In this document: positions 38,788-48,182 of the stretch, in pieces
How the letters are laid out: each line of letters starts with the position of its first letter
How positions within the stretch are numbered: the stretch's first letter is position 1
Source of the DNA: an uncultured Veillonellaceae bacterium
GTDB lineage: Bacteria > Bacillota > Negativicutes > JARBTT01
Direction: 5' to 3'
Assembly (NCBI GenBank): GCA_963805085.1
Contig: CAWDTA010000003.1
Location: 288,001 to 352,000 of the forward strand
DNA: 64,000 bases
Position numbers and translations under genes: made by a program
The notes under the pieces: model-generated
Database searches by the model: none
Told to the model about the DNA's origin: nothing
Seen by the model: the letters and a program-made list of their open reading frames with translations, nothing else

Positions 38788-39726
38788 ATGTTTTCTGGAT
38801 TGCGTAAAAAGGGTACGTTAATTGTTTTGGTAGTGATGGTATCTATTATTAGTTTGCTAGTTGGTTGTGGCGGAAATAAAGCAACACAAGACCAAGAAAA
38901 GTCAGGTAAGAAAGTCATTGGTTTATCAATCTCTACATTGAATAATCCATTTTTCGTTGATTTAAAGGATGGTGCACAAGCAGCTGCTAAAGAGCTTGGT
39001 ATTGAATTAGTGGTTATGGATGCACAAAATGATGCTTCAAAGCAAATGGCTAATATTGAAAATCTTGTACAACAAAAGGTAAGTGTACTCATAGTAAATC
39101 CAGTTGACTCAAAAGCGGTTGTACCGGCAATTGAAGCTGCCAATAAGGCAAATATTCCGGTAATTACTGTTGATAGAGGCGCAGATGGTGGCAAGATTGT
39201 AAGTGCGATCGCTTCCGATAATGTGGCTGGCGGAAAAATGGCGGCGCAACTTTTGATTGATAAACTAGGTGGCAAAGGAAAGGTCATTGAATTAGAAGGT
39301 ATTCCTGGTAGCTCTGCGGCAAATGATCGTGGTAAGGGTTTTGACGATGGAATCAAAGCGGCTACAGGCATTACTTTAGCTGCAAAACAACCTGCTGATT
39401 TTGACCGGGCAAAAGGCATGAAAGTAATGGAAAATATTCTTCAGGCTAATCCTGATATTCAGGCAGTGTTTGCTCAGAATGATGAAATGGCCTTAGGTGC
39501 TGTAGAAGCTATCAAAGCAGCGAAACGTAATAATGTGTTAGTTGTAGGTTTTGATGCTACAGCAGATGCGATTAAAGCAGTTGATAGTGGCGATATGTTA
39601 GCTACAGTAGCACAAAAACCAAAAGATATGGGTAAAGTTTCTATTGAAACAGCGCAAAAAATTATGAGTGGCGAGACAGTACCAGAGTCCATTCCGGTTG
39701 CATTAGAATTGATTGTTAAAAAATAG
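38788..39726 (+). CDS. rbsB: Ribose ABC transporter substrate-binding lipoprotein
   Basis: Lipobox LVGC; STLNNPFF, ASDN..GG, FDR and AQNDEMA motifs. Confidence 0.93.
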   Translation: MFSGLRKKGTLIVLVVMVSIISLLVGCGGNKATQDQEKSGKKVIGLSISTLNNPFFVDLKDGAQAAAKELGIELVVMDAQNDASKQMANIENLVQQKVSVLIVNPVDSKAVVPAIEAANKANIPVITVDRGADGGKIVSAIASDNVAGGKMAAQLLIDKLGGKGKVIELEGIPGSSAANDRGKGFDDGIKAATGITLAAKQPADFDRAKGMKVMENILQANPDIQAVFAQNDEMALGAVEAIKAAKRNNVLVVGFDATADAIKAVDSGDMLATVAQKPKDMGKVSIETAQKIMSGETVPESIPVALELIVKK

Positions 39727-39772
39727 AATAAAACGATTCAATATGCGGTAAGTAAAAAGGAGCTATGTTTAT

Positions 39773-39870
39773 TGAGGTGACCACTATAAGTTAGACTTTA
39801 TAGCGTAGCAGTTTTATCTGCTACGCTATTTCTTTATGCAGCTAGGAGATTGAGTCTATATTAAACAGCA
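39773..39870 (-). mobile_element. IS3-family right-end remnant
   Basis: IR TGAGGTGACCACTATAAGTTAGAC and an internal hairpin; the minus strand reads ...V*YRLNLLAA*, resembling a decayed IS3 OrfB C-terminus. Confidence 0.6.
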
Positions 39871-39929
39871 CACTCCTACTCAAGCAACATATAATGAAGC
39901 AATAGTAGTTCAATGGGGAGAGGGTTATA

Positions 39930-40028
39930 TTGTTATGGGGTGACAGGAGTGTATTAGTCTGGCTAGTGATATTGTTGTTTTTCGTCGATAATGATTGCTG
40001 TGATACTTCTAGCGACTCTATAGATTAA
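39930..40028 (+). CDS. Unannotated 32-aa single-TM peptide MLWGDRSVLVWLVILLFFVDNDCCDTSSDSID
   Basis: GGGGAGAGG SD, TTG start, sigK-like promoter upstream, terminator immediately downstream. Confidence 0.6.
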   Translation: MLWGDRSVLVWLVILLFFVDNDCCDTSSDSID

Positions 40029-40033
40029 TGGAC

Positions 40034-40070
40034 ATAAAAAGTGGACGTAGTCAGTACGCCCACTTTTTAT
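40034..40070. terminator. Bidirectional terminator
   Basis: ATAAAAAGTGGACGTA...TACGCCCACTTTTTAT between convergent ORFs. Confidence 0.8.
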
Positions 40071-40072
40071 GG

Positions 40073-40597
40073 TTATATTGTATTTTCATTCGTACAGACC
40101 ATTAATGCTTTCCATAACTTAGCAAGATGGATTTTTTCATCATTTGCATTATCGCAAAATAGAATTTTTACATCCTTATGTTCAGCGACAGCATAGCTCT
40201 CTTGGTATTGATTGATTGCTGTTAATTCATCTGTAATCGAATGCGTAAGTAGTTCGATTGTTTCAAATGAGCAACAGGTTTTGCTTTTACGGAAGCTATC
40301 AACAGACGGTAAGTTAATCTCACAATCATTGAAGGCACAGCCTTGAATCGGATCATAGCAGGCAAGAACAACCATCGTACGGCGAAAATGTATCATTTCA
40401 TCATGGGCAAGTTCGGTAAATAATTTGCTAAGATCGCCACTGGTTTGTTCGGCTGCACATAAGTAATGACAAATACTCATGCGCTCGCCGATTGCGTTTT
40501 TTCTAAGTAGTAACAGATCCGGATCTGTTGGGCACATACAAGCAGGATCAGGTTGGTTTGGATAGAATCCTTTATGGGGAACATGTCTTTCATCCAT
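40073..40597 (-). CDS. Cys-rich ferritin-like di-iron four-helix-bundle protein
   Basis: Two E-x6-Y ... DExxH helical pairs (GERMSICHY...HDEMIH; DELTAINQY...NDEKIH). Confidence 0.8.
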   Translation of the reverse strand: MDERHVPHKGFYPNQPDPACMCPTDPDLLLLRKNAIGERMSICHYLCAAEQTSGDLSKLFTELAHDEMIHFRRTMVVLACYDPIQGCAFNDCEINLPSVDSFRKSKTCCSFETIELLTHSITDELTAINQYQESYAVAEHKDVKILFCDNANDEKIHLAKLWKALMVCTNENTI

Positions 40598-40664
40598 AAT
40601 AAAAAGCCTCCCACATTCATTTTTATATACTATGAATGGGGGAGACGATAGGTTCCTGAATGAG

Positions 40665-41909
40665 TTAGAATTTCAATGTGGCAAAGTAATCCTCAATTGT
40701 TTCGGCACGGCGAATCATTTCTACATCGCCATTTGGTTTTAATAATAATTCCGCAGAGCGAAGTTTTCCATTATAATTAAAGCCCATTGCATGTCCATGT
40801 GCACCAGCATCATGAATCACAACGATATCACCAATATCAATTTTTGGTAAAGCACGATCAATGGCAAATTTATCGTTATTCTCACAAAGAGAACCGGTAA
40901 TATCATATACGTGATCGCAAGGAGCAGTTTCTTTACCAACTATAGTAATATGATGGTAAGAGCCATATAGCGCAGGACGCATTAAGTTTGCCATGCAAGA
41001 ATCTAAGCCAATATAGTTTTTATAGATCTCTTTTTTATGCATTGCAGTAGAAACTAGGTAGCCATAAGGTCCAGTGATGGAGCGACCAAGTTCTAGCGCA
41101 ATTGTAAGTGGAGCAATTCCGTTTGCGACAACAATTTTTTCGTAGGCTTTGCGAATGCCTTCGCCAACGTATTCTAAATCTACAGCAGTTTGTTCTGGGC
41201 GGTAAGGAATACCAACGCCACCACCGAAGTTTACGAATTCTAATTTGATGCCAAGTTTTTCATGGATTTCAACGGCCAGATTAAACATAAGTTCTGCAGT
41301 ACCAATGAAACAATCTGGATTTAATTCGTTAGAGATAACCATCGTATGGAGACCAAAGCGTTTTACGCCTTTTTCTTTAGCGGTTTTATAAGCTTCAAAG
41401 ATCTGCTCTCTAGTTAGTCCATATTTTGCTTCTTCTGGTGTACCGATAATGGTATTGCCATTTTCCATTAAAGGACCAGGATTGTAGCGGAAAGATAGAA
41501 TTTTAGGGAAACCAGCATTTTTTTCTAAATAATCAATGTGAGTAATATCATCAAGGTTGATGACTGCACCAAGTTCGATTGCCTTTTGGAACTCATTTGC
41601 CGGTGTATCATTGGAAGTAAGCATGATTGCTTCGCCTTTGATGCCAGCCATATCAGATAATAATAGCTCAGCAAGTGAGCTACAGTCAGCACCAACGCCT
41701 TCTTCACGAAGAACTTTTAGGAGTGCAGGAGTTGGGGCTGCTTTTACTGCAAAATATTCTCTAAAGCAAGGTGCCCAAGCAAAGGCTTTGAATAATCTAC
41801 GAACATTATTTCTAATTGCTTGTTCGTCATAAATATGAAAGGGAGTAGGATATTTTTTTATAATTTCTTGTAATTTCACACTATCAATAGGAAAAATTTT
41901 TTCTGCCAT
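40665..41909 (-). CDS. lysA: Diaminopimelate decarboxylase
   Basis: TPFHIYDE, FAVKA, GGG.G, ELGR, RPALYG and CEN.D motifs; lysine riboswitch upstream. Confidence 0.95.
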   Translation of the reverse strand: MAEKIFPIDSVKLQEIIKKYPTPFHIYDEQAIRNNVRRLFKAFAWAPCFREYFAVKAAPTPALLKVLREEGVGADCSSLAELLLSDMAGIKGEAIMLTSNDTPANEFQKAIELGAVINLDDITHIDYLEKNAGFPKILSFRYNPGPLMENGNTIIGTPEEAKYGLTREQIFEAYKTAKEKGVKRFGLHTMVISNELNPDCFIGTAELMFNLAVEIHEKLGIKLEFVNFGGGVGIPYRPEQTAVDLEYVGEGIRKAYEKIVVANGIAPLTIALELGRSITGPYGYLVSTAMHKKEIYKNYIGLDSCMANLMRPALYGSYHHITIVGKETAPCDHVYDITGSLCENNDKFAIDRALPKIDIGDIVVIHDAGAHGHAMGFNYNGKLRSAELLLKPNGDVEMIRRAETIEDYFATLKF

Positions 41910-41957
41910 TCGTAAAGTACCTCCATATATTTGATCAAGTTTTAAATCTAAAAATAT

Positions 41958-41994
41958 AAAAAGCGATTTGGAAGTTACTACCTCGCAAATCGCT
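41958..41994 (-). terminator. Riboswitch-controlled terminator
   Basis: Minus strand AGCGATTTG...CAAATCGCT followed by TTTT, between the aptamer and lysA. Confidence 0.75.
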
Positions 41995-42016
41995 AAAAAA
42001 TCAAACTAGCAACGCA

Positions 42017-42178
42017 AGATAGCACTCCACACTAAAGTATGACAGTCTTGCATCTATTAAATCCAAGACCAACAATATCTCTTTGCCTAAACATATTGTT
42101 TCGGCGACTATCCCTTTTGATACGCATCTTTGCTGGCAGCTCCGCGTAGCTACTGTTGATAAATCGCAACCTCTATCT
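42017..42178 (-). ncRNA. Lysine (L-box) riboswitch
   Basis: Minus strand AGATAGAGGTTGCG...AGTA...AAAGGG...CGCCGAA...AATA...ACTGTCA...TGGAGTGCTATCT; P1 ends pair; located upstream of lysA. Confidence 0.95.
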
Positions 42179-42198
42179 ATATTTATTAATTTTGCAAC

Positions 42199-42227
42199 AT
42201 TATATCAATATTAGCGAAATGTGTCAA
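42199..42227 (-). promoter_or_regulatory. Consensus SigA promoter for the lysA leader
   Basis: TTGACA-N17-TATAAT on the minus strand. Confidence 0.9.
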
Positions 42228-42519
42228 TTGAAAAATATTATCAATTGACTAGGAAGTTAACATTTTAATAGCAAATACAAAATGTTAGTTTCTTATTTTG
42301 TATAGTTATTGCTTGGTGCAAGCGAAGAAATGTTTACCTGTATACTAAAAAGACAATAATTTATGAAAAAATGGCATAGCTAGATTCACTACGCTTTATC
42401 GCATGATGGTGTTTTTGTGCAAATAATGTTGTAAAATAAATAATATTATGGAAGTAAGATATAATATGTTACAATAAAAGTTAATCAACTTTTGTATATT
42501 ATGGGTAGGTGAAAATACT

Positions 42520-42891
42520 ATGTGGATTAGACTATGGTCGTTGTTTCGATTGCTCAGGGAAGATATTGTGCTTTTATTCTTTGCATGGCGCAATCCAAGA
42601 GCACCAAGGTATATTAAAATATTACTATTTGCCGCAGTTGGATATCTAATCAGTCCGGTGGACTTGATTCCTGATTATTTGCCAGTCGTAGGAATGATGG
42701 ATGACATGATTATTGTGCCAACTGCCCTACTTTATATCACTCGTCTATTACCAGTTGATATTCGTTTGGAGTGTGAGCGAGATACGGATCGATTAAAAAG
42801 AAAAATGCCATATATTTTAAGTGTGCTTGCGATCGTAGTCTTATTATGGGTAGCATTTTTAATCTGGGGTATCTATATGTTGTTAAAATGA
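42520..42891 (+). CDS. YkvA/DUF1232-family membrane protein
   Basis: YLISPVDLIPD..P..G..DD motif. Confidence 0.9.
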   Translation: MWIRLWSLFRLLREDIVLLFFAWRNPRAPRYIKILLFAAVGYLISPVDLIPDYLPVVGMMDDMIIVPTALLYITRLLPVDIRLECERDTDRLKRKMPYILSVLAIVVLLWVAFLIWGIYMLLK

Positions 42892-42918
42892 TTTTTTAGT
42901 TAGTATGGGGTGTAAATT

Positions 42919-45048
42919 TTGAGATTATATATTGCCGAAAAACCTAGTATGGGAGCGGAAATAGCCAAATGCTTAACAGGTCCGGTCACGAGAAAAGATG
43001 GGTATCTAGTAACGAAAGATGGCGTTGTGACTTGGGGCTTTGGCCATATTTTAAGACAAGCCGAGCCAAATGAGTATGACAGTAAATATCAGAAATGGCG
43101 GATGGAAGACTTGCCGATTATCCCTGAGGATTGGAAGCTACTGATTGATAAATCCTGCGAAAAGCAGTTTTATATTATAAAAGGTTTAATTGATCAAGCG
43201 ACAGAAATCGTTCACGCAGGTGACCCGGATAGAGAGGGTCAACTGTTAATCGATGAAGTATTGGACTATCTTGGCAATGCCAAACCAGTCAAACGTATTT
43301 TACTAAATGCGTTGGATGAAAAAAGTATCAAGAAAGCAATTGGTAGTTTACGTGATAATCAAGAATTTTTGAATTTGAAGCAATCCGCTTTAGCCAGAGC
43401 AAGGGCGGATTGGCTTATCGGGATGAACTTATCGAGGGCGTATACCCTTGCGGCGCAACGCGCTGGACATCGAGTTACGTTGCCGATTGGCAGGGTAAAG
43501 ACACCGACACTTGCTTTGGTCGTGAGACGTGAGCGCGAACTTGAAAATTTTGTGCCAGTTGATTATTTTACGATGAAAGCTGATTTTGAACATGTGAATG
43601 GGTCGGTAACTACCAATTGGAAGCCAAAGGATGAGCAAATCGGGCTGGACAGTGAAGGACGGTTGCTAGATAAAAGCATTGCTGAAAGCTTAGTGCAAAA
43701 ATTTAGTGATGGCGATGAGCTTAGCGGTAAGGTTGTTTTATACGAAACAGTAGAGAAAAAAGAGCCACAACGGTTACCTTTTTCCTTATCAGCTCTGCAA
43801 GTGCTGGCAGGTAAACGATTTGGTTATGAACCACAACAAGTGCTCGATACCGCACAGAGATTATATGAGAAGAAAATAACGACATATCCTCGTTCTGATT
43901 GCGATTTTTTGCCACAAAATCAATTTGAGGATGCAAACATCATCTTAACAAATTTAACGCAAATTGCGGATGCAAAACTTGCCCAATGGGCCACGCAAGC
44001 GAATCCAAAAATCAAAAGCAGAGCCTGGAATGATAAAAAGATTTCAGCCCATCATGCGATTATTCCTACGCAAGAAAAATGCAATATGCAAGCCTTGTCA
44101 GAGATAGAAAAGAATATTTACTTTTTAATTGCGCAAGCTTATATTACGCAATTTTATTCAGTTCATATTTATGATCAGACAAAAATTGAAATTAATTATA
44201 AGCAAGAGACCTTTGTAACGAGCGGGCGGGTATTGAAACAAGTAGGTTGGAAAGAAGTTTATGGTGCAGAGCCAGATGATAAGAAGGAAGAAGCACAAGA
44301 AGCTTTACCAGCGATGAAAAAAGGCGATACGGTTGATTACGTATCAGCCAAGATTGAAAATAAAGCAACCAAACCGCCAGTTAGATTTACGGCGGCAACG
44401 CTGCTCGCAGCAATGAAGGAAATTCATAAATATGTGAAGAATCCCGAGTCAAAGAAGAAACTAAAAGATGTATATGGCATCGGTACTGAGGCGACACGGG
44501 CGACTATTATCAAAGAGTTGATGACACGTGGGTTCTTAGTCAATGAAGCCAAGAAAAAAAATCTGATTCCAACGGAAGCTGCCTATCTGCTCATCGATGC
44601 TTTGCCAGATGAAATGACCTATCCAGATTCTACCGCGATTTGGGAGAATAACCTGCATTTAATGGTAGAAGGGGATGCCGAACTGGAACAGTTCCTAAGT
44701 GAACAAATTGCTTTTACAAAGTTACTATGCCAAAAGGCGAATGATAGTAATTTACCACTCAATGGAGATCATCAATGTCCCCGTTGTCAAAAGGGTGTAA
44801 TGCAACTGAAAAATGGCAAGAATGGCGCCTTTTGGGGTTGTTCTAATTTTCCGCGTTGCCGTGCTACGAGTGATGATGATAATGGGAAACCAAAAGAAAT
44901 GCCAAAACTCGAACTTTGCCCACGTTGTAAACAAGGCAGTTTGCGGATGATTAACGGAAAAAATGGCGCTTTTTGGGGTTGTACGAATTATCCGTCTTGT
45001 ATGGCTACGTTTAATGATCAAGATGGCAAACCTAATTTGGGAAACTAA
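42919..45048 (+). CDS. topB: DNA topoisomerase III with two C-terminal zinc ribbons
   Basis: IAEKPS, D.DREG, ADWLIGMN.SR, GRVKTPT, TYPRSD and HHAIIPT motifs; two CPRC...FWGC repeats. Confidence 0.95.
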   Translation: MRLYIAEKPSMGAEIAKCLTGPVTRKDGYLVTKDGVVTWGFGHILRQAEPNEYDSKYQKWRMEDLPIIPEDWKLLIDKSCEKQFYIIKGLIDQATEIVHAGDPDREGQLLIDEVLDYLGNAKPVKRILLNALDEKSIKKAIGSLRDNQEFLNLKQSALARARADWLIGMNLSRAYTLAAQRAGHRVTLPIGRVKTPTLALVVRRERELENFVPVDYFTMKADFEHVNGSVTTNWKPKDEQIGLDSEGRLLDKSIAESLVQKFSDGDELSGKVVLYETVEKKEPQRLPFSLSALQVLAGKRFGYEPQQVLDTAQRLYEKKITTYPRSDCDFLPQNQFEDANIILTNLTQIADAKLAQWATQANPKIKSRAWNDKKISAHHAIIPTQEKCNMQALSEIEKNIYFLIAQAYITQFYSVHIYDQTKIEINYKQETFVTSGRVLKQVGWKEVYGAEPDDKKEEAQEALPAMKKGDTVDYVSAKIENKATKPPVRFTAATLLAAMKEIHKYVKNPESKKKLKDVYGIGTEATRATIIKELMTRGFLVNEAKKKNLIPTEAAYLLIDALPDEMTYPDSTAIWENNLHLMVEGDAELEQFLSEQIAFTKLLCQKANDSNLPLNGDHQCPRCQKGVMQLKNGKNGAFWGCSNFPRCRATSDDDNGKPKEMPKLELCPRCKQGSLRMINGKNGAFWGCTNYPSCMATFNDQDGKPNLGN

Positions 45049-45082
45049 AGAAGATCAATATAGGAATAAAAGGAGAAACAAC

Positions 45083-46315
45083 ATGAGCGAAAAATTTTTA
45101 AATCTAGGGATTCACGCTTACTTAGAACAATCCTTAGAGAAAATTGGTATCATCGAACCTACGCCGATTCAATATAAAGCGATTCCTGATGGTTTAGAAG
45201 GAAAAAATATCATTGGGCAATCAGCGACTGGGACTGGTAAAACTTTGGCGTATTTATTGCCAATTGTACAAAAAATAGATCTAACGAAACGTGATGTGCA
45301 AGCGGTAGTTATAGCACCGACCTATGAACTTGCAATGCAAATTTATCATCAATTAGAAGTACTACTAAAAAATGCCGAGCTAAACATTACTTGCACTTCT
45401 TTAATTGGTGGTGCTAATATAGCAAGACAAATAGATAAATTAAAAACAAAACCACAGATTGTTGTTGGTTCTGCTGGGCGCATTGTTGAACTACAAAAAA
45501 AAGGTAAATTAAAATTACAAACCGTAAAATCGTTGGTATTAGATGAAGTCGATCGCTTATTGGATGATCAAAATTTAGCAACGGTAAGCAGTGTTGTGAA
45601 AAGTGTAGCGAGAGATTGTCAGCATTTTTTGTTTTCAGCAACCATTTCGCCGCGTACGATTAATCGCGCAGAGTTTGTCAAAGAACCTAGTTTGATTAGC
45701 TTAAAAGATGATGTTGTGGCAAAGCCTAATATTGAACATTTGTATTTTATTGCTGATTATCGTGAAAAAATAGAGGTGCTACGCAAATTAACACGAATAT
45801 TGAATGTAAATCGAGGTTTGGTTTTTGTGAATAAAAGTGATGATATTGTAACTACCTTAGAAAAATTGAAATTTCATGGCTTAAAAGTAGCTGGTTTAAA
45901 TGGTAGTGCCAATAAACTAGAGCGTAAAAAAGCGATTGATGATTTTACCAAAGGTAAGGTACAACTCTTGGTTGCTTCCGATATTGCAGCGCGTGGACTA
46001 GATATTCCCGATATTGATTTTGTGATTAATATTGATTTGCCAGAGGATGAAAAAGTATACCTTCATCGCATCGGTCGTACTGGTAGGGCTGGTAAATTTG
46101 GCTGCGCCATTTCTTTGGTTGCGCCAAAAGAAGTGCTGAAATTGGGCGAGTATGCCAAGAAGATAAAAGTACAGCTATATCCGAAGAAAATGATCAATGG
46201 AAAAGTAATCGACTTTTTAAATAAACCAAATCCAACGCATAAAAATCCATTTATTAAGCCAAAGCAAGAAAAGAAAACGAATGAAAAAATAGTGCCAACG
46301 AATAAAAGGGTATAA
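45083..46315 (+). CDS. DEAD-box RNA helicase
   Basis: PTPIQ, TGTGKT, PTYELA, DEVD, SAT, ARGLD and HRIGRTGR motifs; ATG at 45083 after AAGGAG. Confidence 0.95.
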   Translation: MSEKFLNLGIHAYLEQSLEKIGIIEPTPIQYKAIPDGLEGKNIIGQSATGTGKTLAYLLPIVQKIDLTKRDVQAVVIAPTYELAMQIYHQLEVLLKNAELNITCTSLIGGANIARQIDKLKTKPQIVVGSAGRIVELQKKGKLKLQTVKSLVLDEVDRLLDDQNLATVSSVVKSVARDCQHFLFSATISPRTINRAEFVKEPSLISLKDDVVAKPNIEHLYFIADYREKIEVLRKLTRILNVNRGLVFVNKSDDIVTTLEKLKFHGLKVAGLNGSANKLERKKAIDDFTKGKVQLLVASDIAARGLDIPDIDFVINIDLPEDEKVYLHRIGRTGRAGKFGCAISLVAPKEVLKLGEYAKKIKVQLYPKKMINGKVIDFLNKPNPTHKNPFIKPKQEKKTNEKIVPTNKRV

Positions 46316-46364
46316 CAATAGTAGTGGTAACGATACTATAACTATATGGTAGTAGGAATTACTT

Positions 46365-46496
46365 TTGTCCGATGACTAACCCGCTCTAGAACTCCCGCTT
46401 ATGCAAGCGGTGGGTAAAGAGCAGCTAAGTCCTTGGATAATTTCGACTAGAATTCAGGCAGCGTTAAAACGCTGTCTGAATTAAGTCTCCATTTAT
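46365..46496. repeat. GC-richer two-hairpin intergenic element (REP/MITE-like)
   Basis: Stems CCGCTT-ATGC-AAGCGG (inside GCTCT/AGAGC) and AATTCAGGCAGCGT-TAAA-ACGCTGTCTGAATT; single copy in this window. Confidence 0.5.
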
Positions 46497-46538
46497 GATG
46501 TTATTGAATTTAGGAGGTGAACTTATTATTCATTTTAT

Positions 46539-47951
46539 ATGAGTAATAAGAAGTTTTTGGAGTCTACATCAGTAGTGCTTAATTTATTTTTTGTTTTTAT
46601 ATTAGTATTACTTAACGGTTTTTTTGTTGCTACCGAATTTGCAATTGTAAAAGTGCGTTCTTCTCGTATAGATACATTAGTCCAAGAGGGGAATAATAAA
46701 GCGAAGTTTGCCAAAAAATTAGTAGATAATTTAGATGCATTTTTATCCGTAACGCAGCTTGGTATTACACTAGCATCGCTTGGCCTTGGCTGGATTGGTG
46801 AGCCGGCAGTCGCAAGATTAATCCATCCATTAATTATCGCTTCAGGAATATCAGCTGAGATTGGGCATACAATATCCTTTGCAATCGGCTTCTCTTTTAT
46901 TACGGCCTTGCATATTATTTTAGGAGAATTGGCGCCGAAATCACTGGCGATTCAAAAAGCAGAGGCGGTAGTATTAATTACGGCAGTACCAATGATTACA
47001 TTTTATAAAATTATGTATCCGATTGTATGGTTCTTAAATCATATTGCGAGCTGGATTTTAGAATTGGCGGGGATTCGGGTTGCCAGTGGAGGCGAAATGG
47101 CGCATACAGAAGAAGAAATTCGTATTTTAATGGAAGAAAGTCATAAACAAGGTTTTATAGATAAAACGGAATTGATGTTTGTAGACAATATTTTTGATTT
47201 TGCAGAACGTAACGTTCGTGAAGTTATGATTCCGCGTACCGATATGATTTGTTTATATGCCGAAGATTCCTTTGAGGATAATGTGAAAATTGCGTTAGAA
47301 GAACATTTGACCCGTTATCCGATTTGTGATCAAGATAAAGATAATATTATTGGTTTTTTACACATCAAAGATTTGCTGCGTTCTTTTTCTAGCGGTCAAA
47401 AACCCGATATTCGTGCCTTAGCCAGAAAAGTAATTGCTGTACCAGAGTCGATGCCACTCAGTAACTTGTTAAAAATGCTGCAAAAACAGCGAGAACAGAT
47501 TGCAATCGTTGTCGATGAATATGGCGGAACGGCAGGAATGGTAACGGTAGAGGATATCTTAGAAGAAATTGTAGGCGAAATTCAGGATGAATTTGATGAA
47601 GAGCGTCCATTTATAGAAAATCGACCGGATAACATGTATTCCGTTGATGCACGTCTTCTATTAGAAGAAATTAATGATGTATTAGAAATGGATCTTGATT
47701 CGGAAAGTTTTGATACCATTGGTGGCTGGTTGTACTCACAAATAGAAATGCCACCATCCATCGATGAAAAGGTCGTTTATAAGGGTGATGAATTTATCGT
47801 TGAAGAGGTAGATAATGTCCGTATCACTCGTGTTTTAATCAAAGTGAACCATCAATTATCGGAAGAACATGAAGAGTTAGAAGAACTTAAAGAGAAGAGT
47901 GCCGAGTTTATAAGAACAGAGCCTGAAAAAAATGATAAAGAAATAAGTTAG
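46539..47951 (+). CDS. HlyC/CorC (CNNM) family transporter with CBS domains
   Basis: LNGFFVATEFA, QLGIT, GELAPK, MIPR, VDEYGG and EDILEEIVGEI.DE motifs. Confidence 0.93.
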   Translation: MSNKKFLESTSVVLNLFFVFILVLLNGFFVATEFAIVKVRSSRIDTLVQEGNNKAKFAKKLVDNLDAFLSVTQLGITLASLGLGWIGEPAVARLIHPLIIASGISAEIGHTISFAIGFSFITALHIILGELAPKSLAIQKAEAVVLITAVPMITFYKIMYPIVWFLNHIASWILELAGIRVASGGEMAHTEEEIRILMEESHKQGFIDKTELMFVDNIFDFAERNVREVMIPRTDMICLYAEDSFEDNVKIALEEHLTRYPICDQDKDNIIGFLHIKDLLRSFSSGQKPDIRALARKVIAVPESMPLSNLLKMLQKQREQIAIVVDEYGGTAGMVTVEDILEEIVGEIQDEFDEERPFIENRPDNMYSVDARLLLEEINDVLEMDLDSESFDTIGGWLYSQIEMPPSIDEKVVYKGDEFIVEEVDNVRITRVLIKVNHQLSEEHEELEELKEKSAEFIRTEPEKNDKEIS

Positions 47952-47990
47952 TGAATAAAAAGAAAACTAGACAACTACGTTTGTAGAAGT

Positions 47991-48182
47991 CTAGTTTTTT
48001 TTTGCATGTTGGATTTCAAGTTCGTTGATGAAATCGAGTGTTTTCATTCTGCTAGTGAGTTCATTTTTGGTAATGATTTTTTTTTCGCAAAGAAGTTCAA
48101 CAAAACTTGCGAGTATCAACGTAGTTTTATAATCGACTTCTTTTAGGTCAGCAATTTGTCCGATCAAATCTATTTCTGTCAT
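47991..48182 (-). CDS. Small hypothetical protein (63 aa)
   Basis: AAGGGGG SD before MTEIDLIGQIADLKEVDYK; the upstream extension in the ORF track looks non-coding. Confidence 0.7.
   Translation of the reverse strand: MTEIDLIGQIADLKEVDYKTTLILASFVELLCEKKIITKNELTSRMKTLDFINELEIQHAKKN

Noticed and set aside
38631-39419. 262-aa antisense ORF over rbsB, and similar shadow ORFs such as 6351-6917 and 37623-38147
   Set aside because: They overlap well-supported genes on the opposite strand and carry no recognisable motifs.
44770-45035. Internal direct repeat at the end of topB
   Set aside because: Explained by two ordinary zinc-ribbon domains of a type IA topoisomerase.
42919-45048. topB as a marker of an integrative conjugative element
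   Set aside because: Flanked by housekeeping genes, with no conjugation, relaxase or integrase genes.
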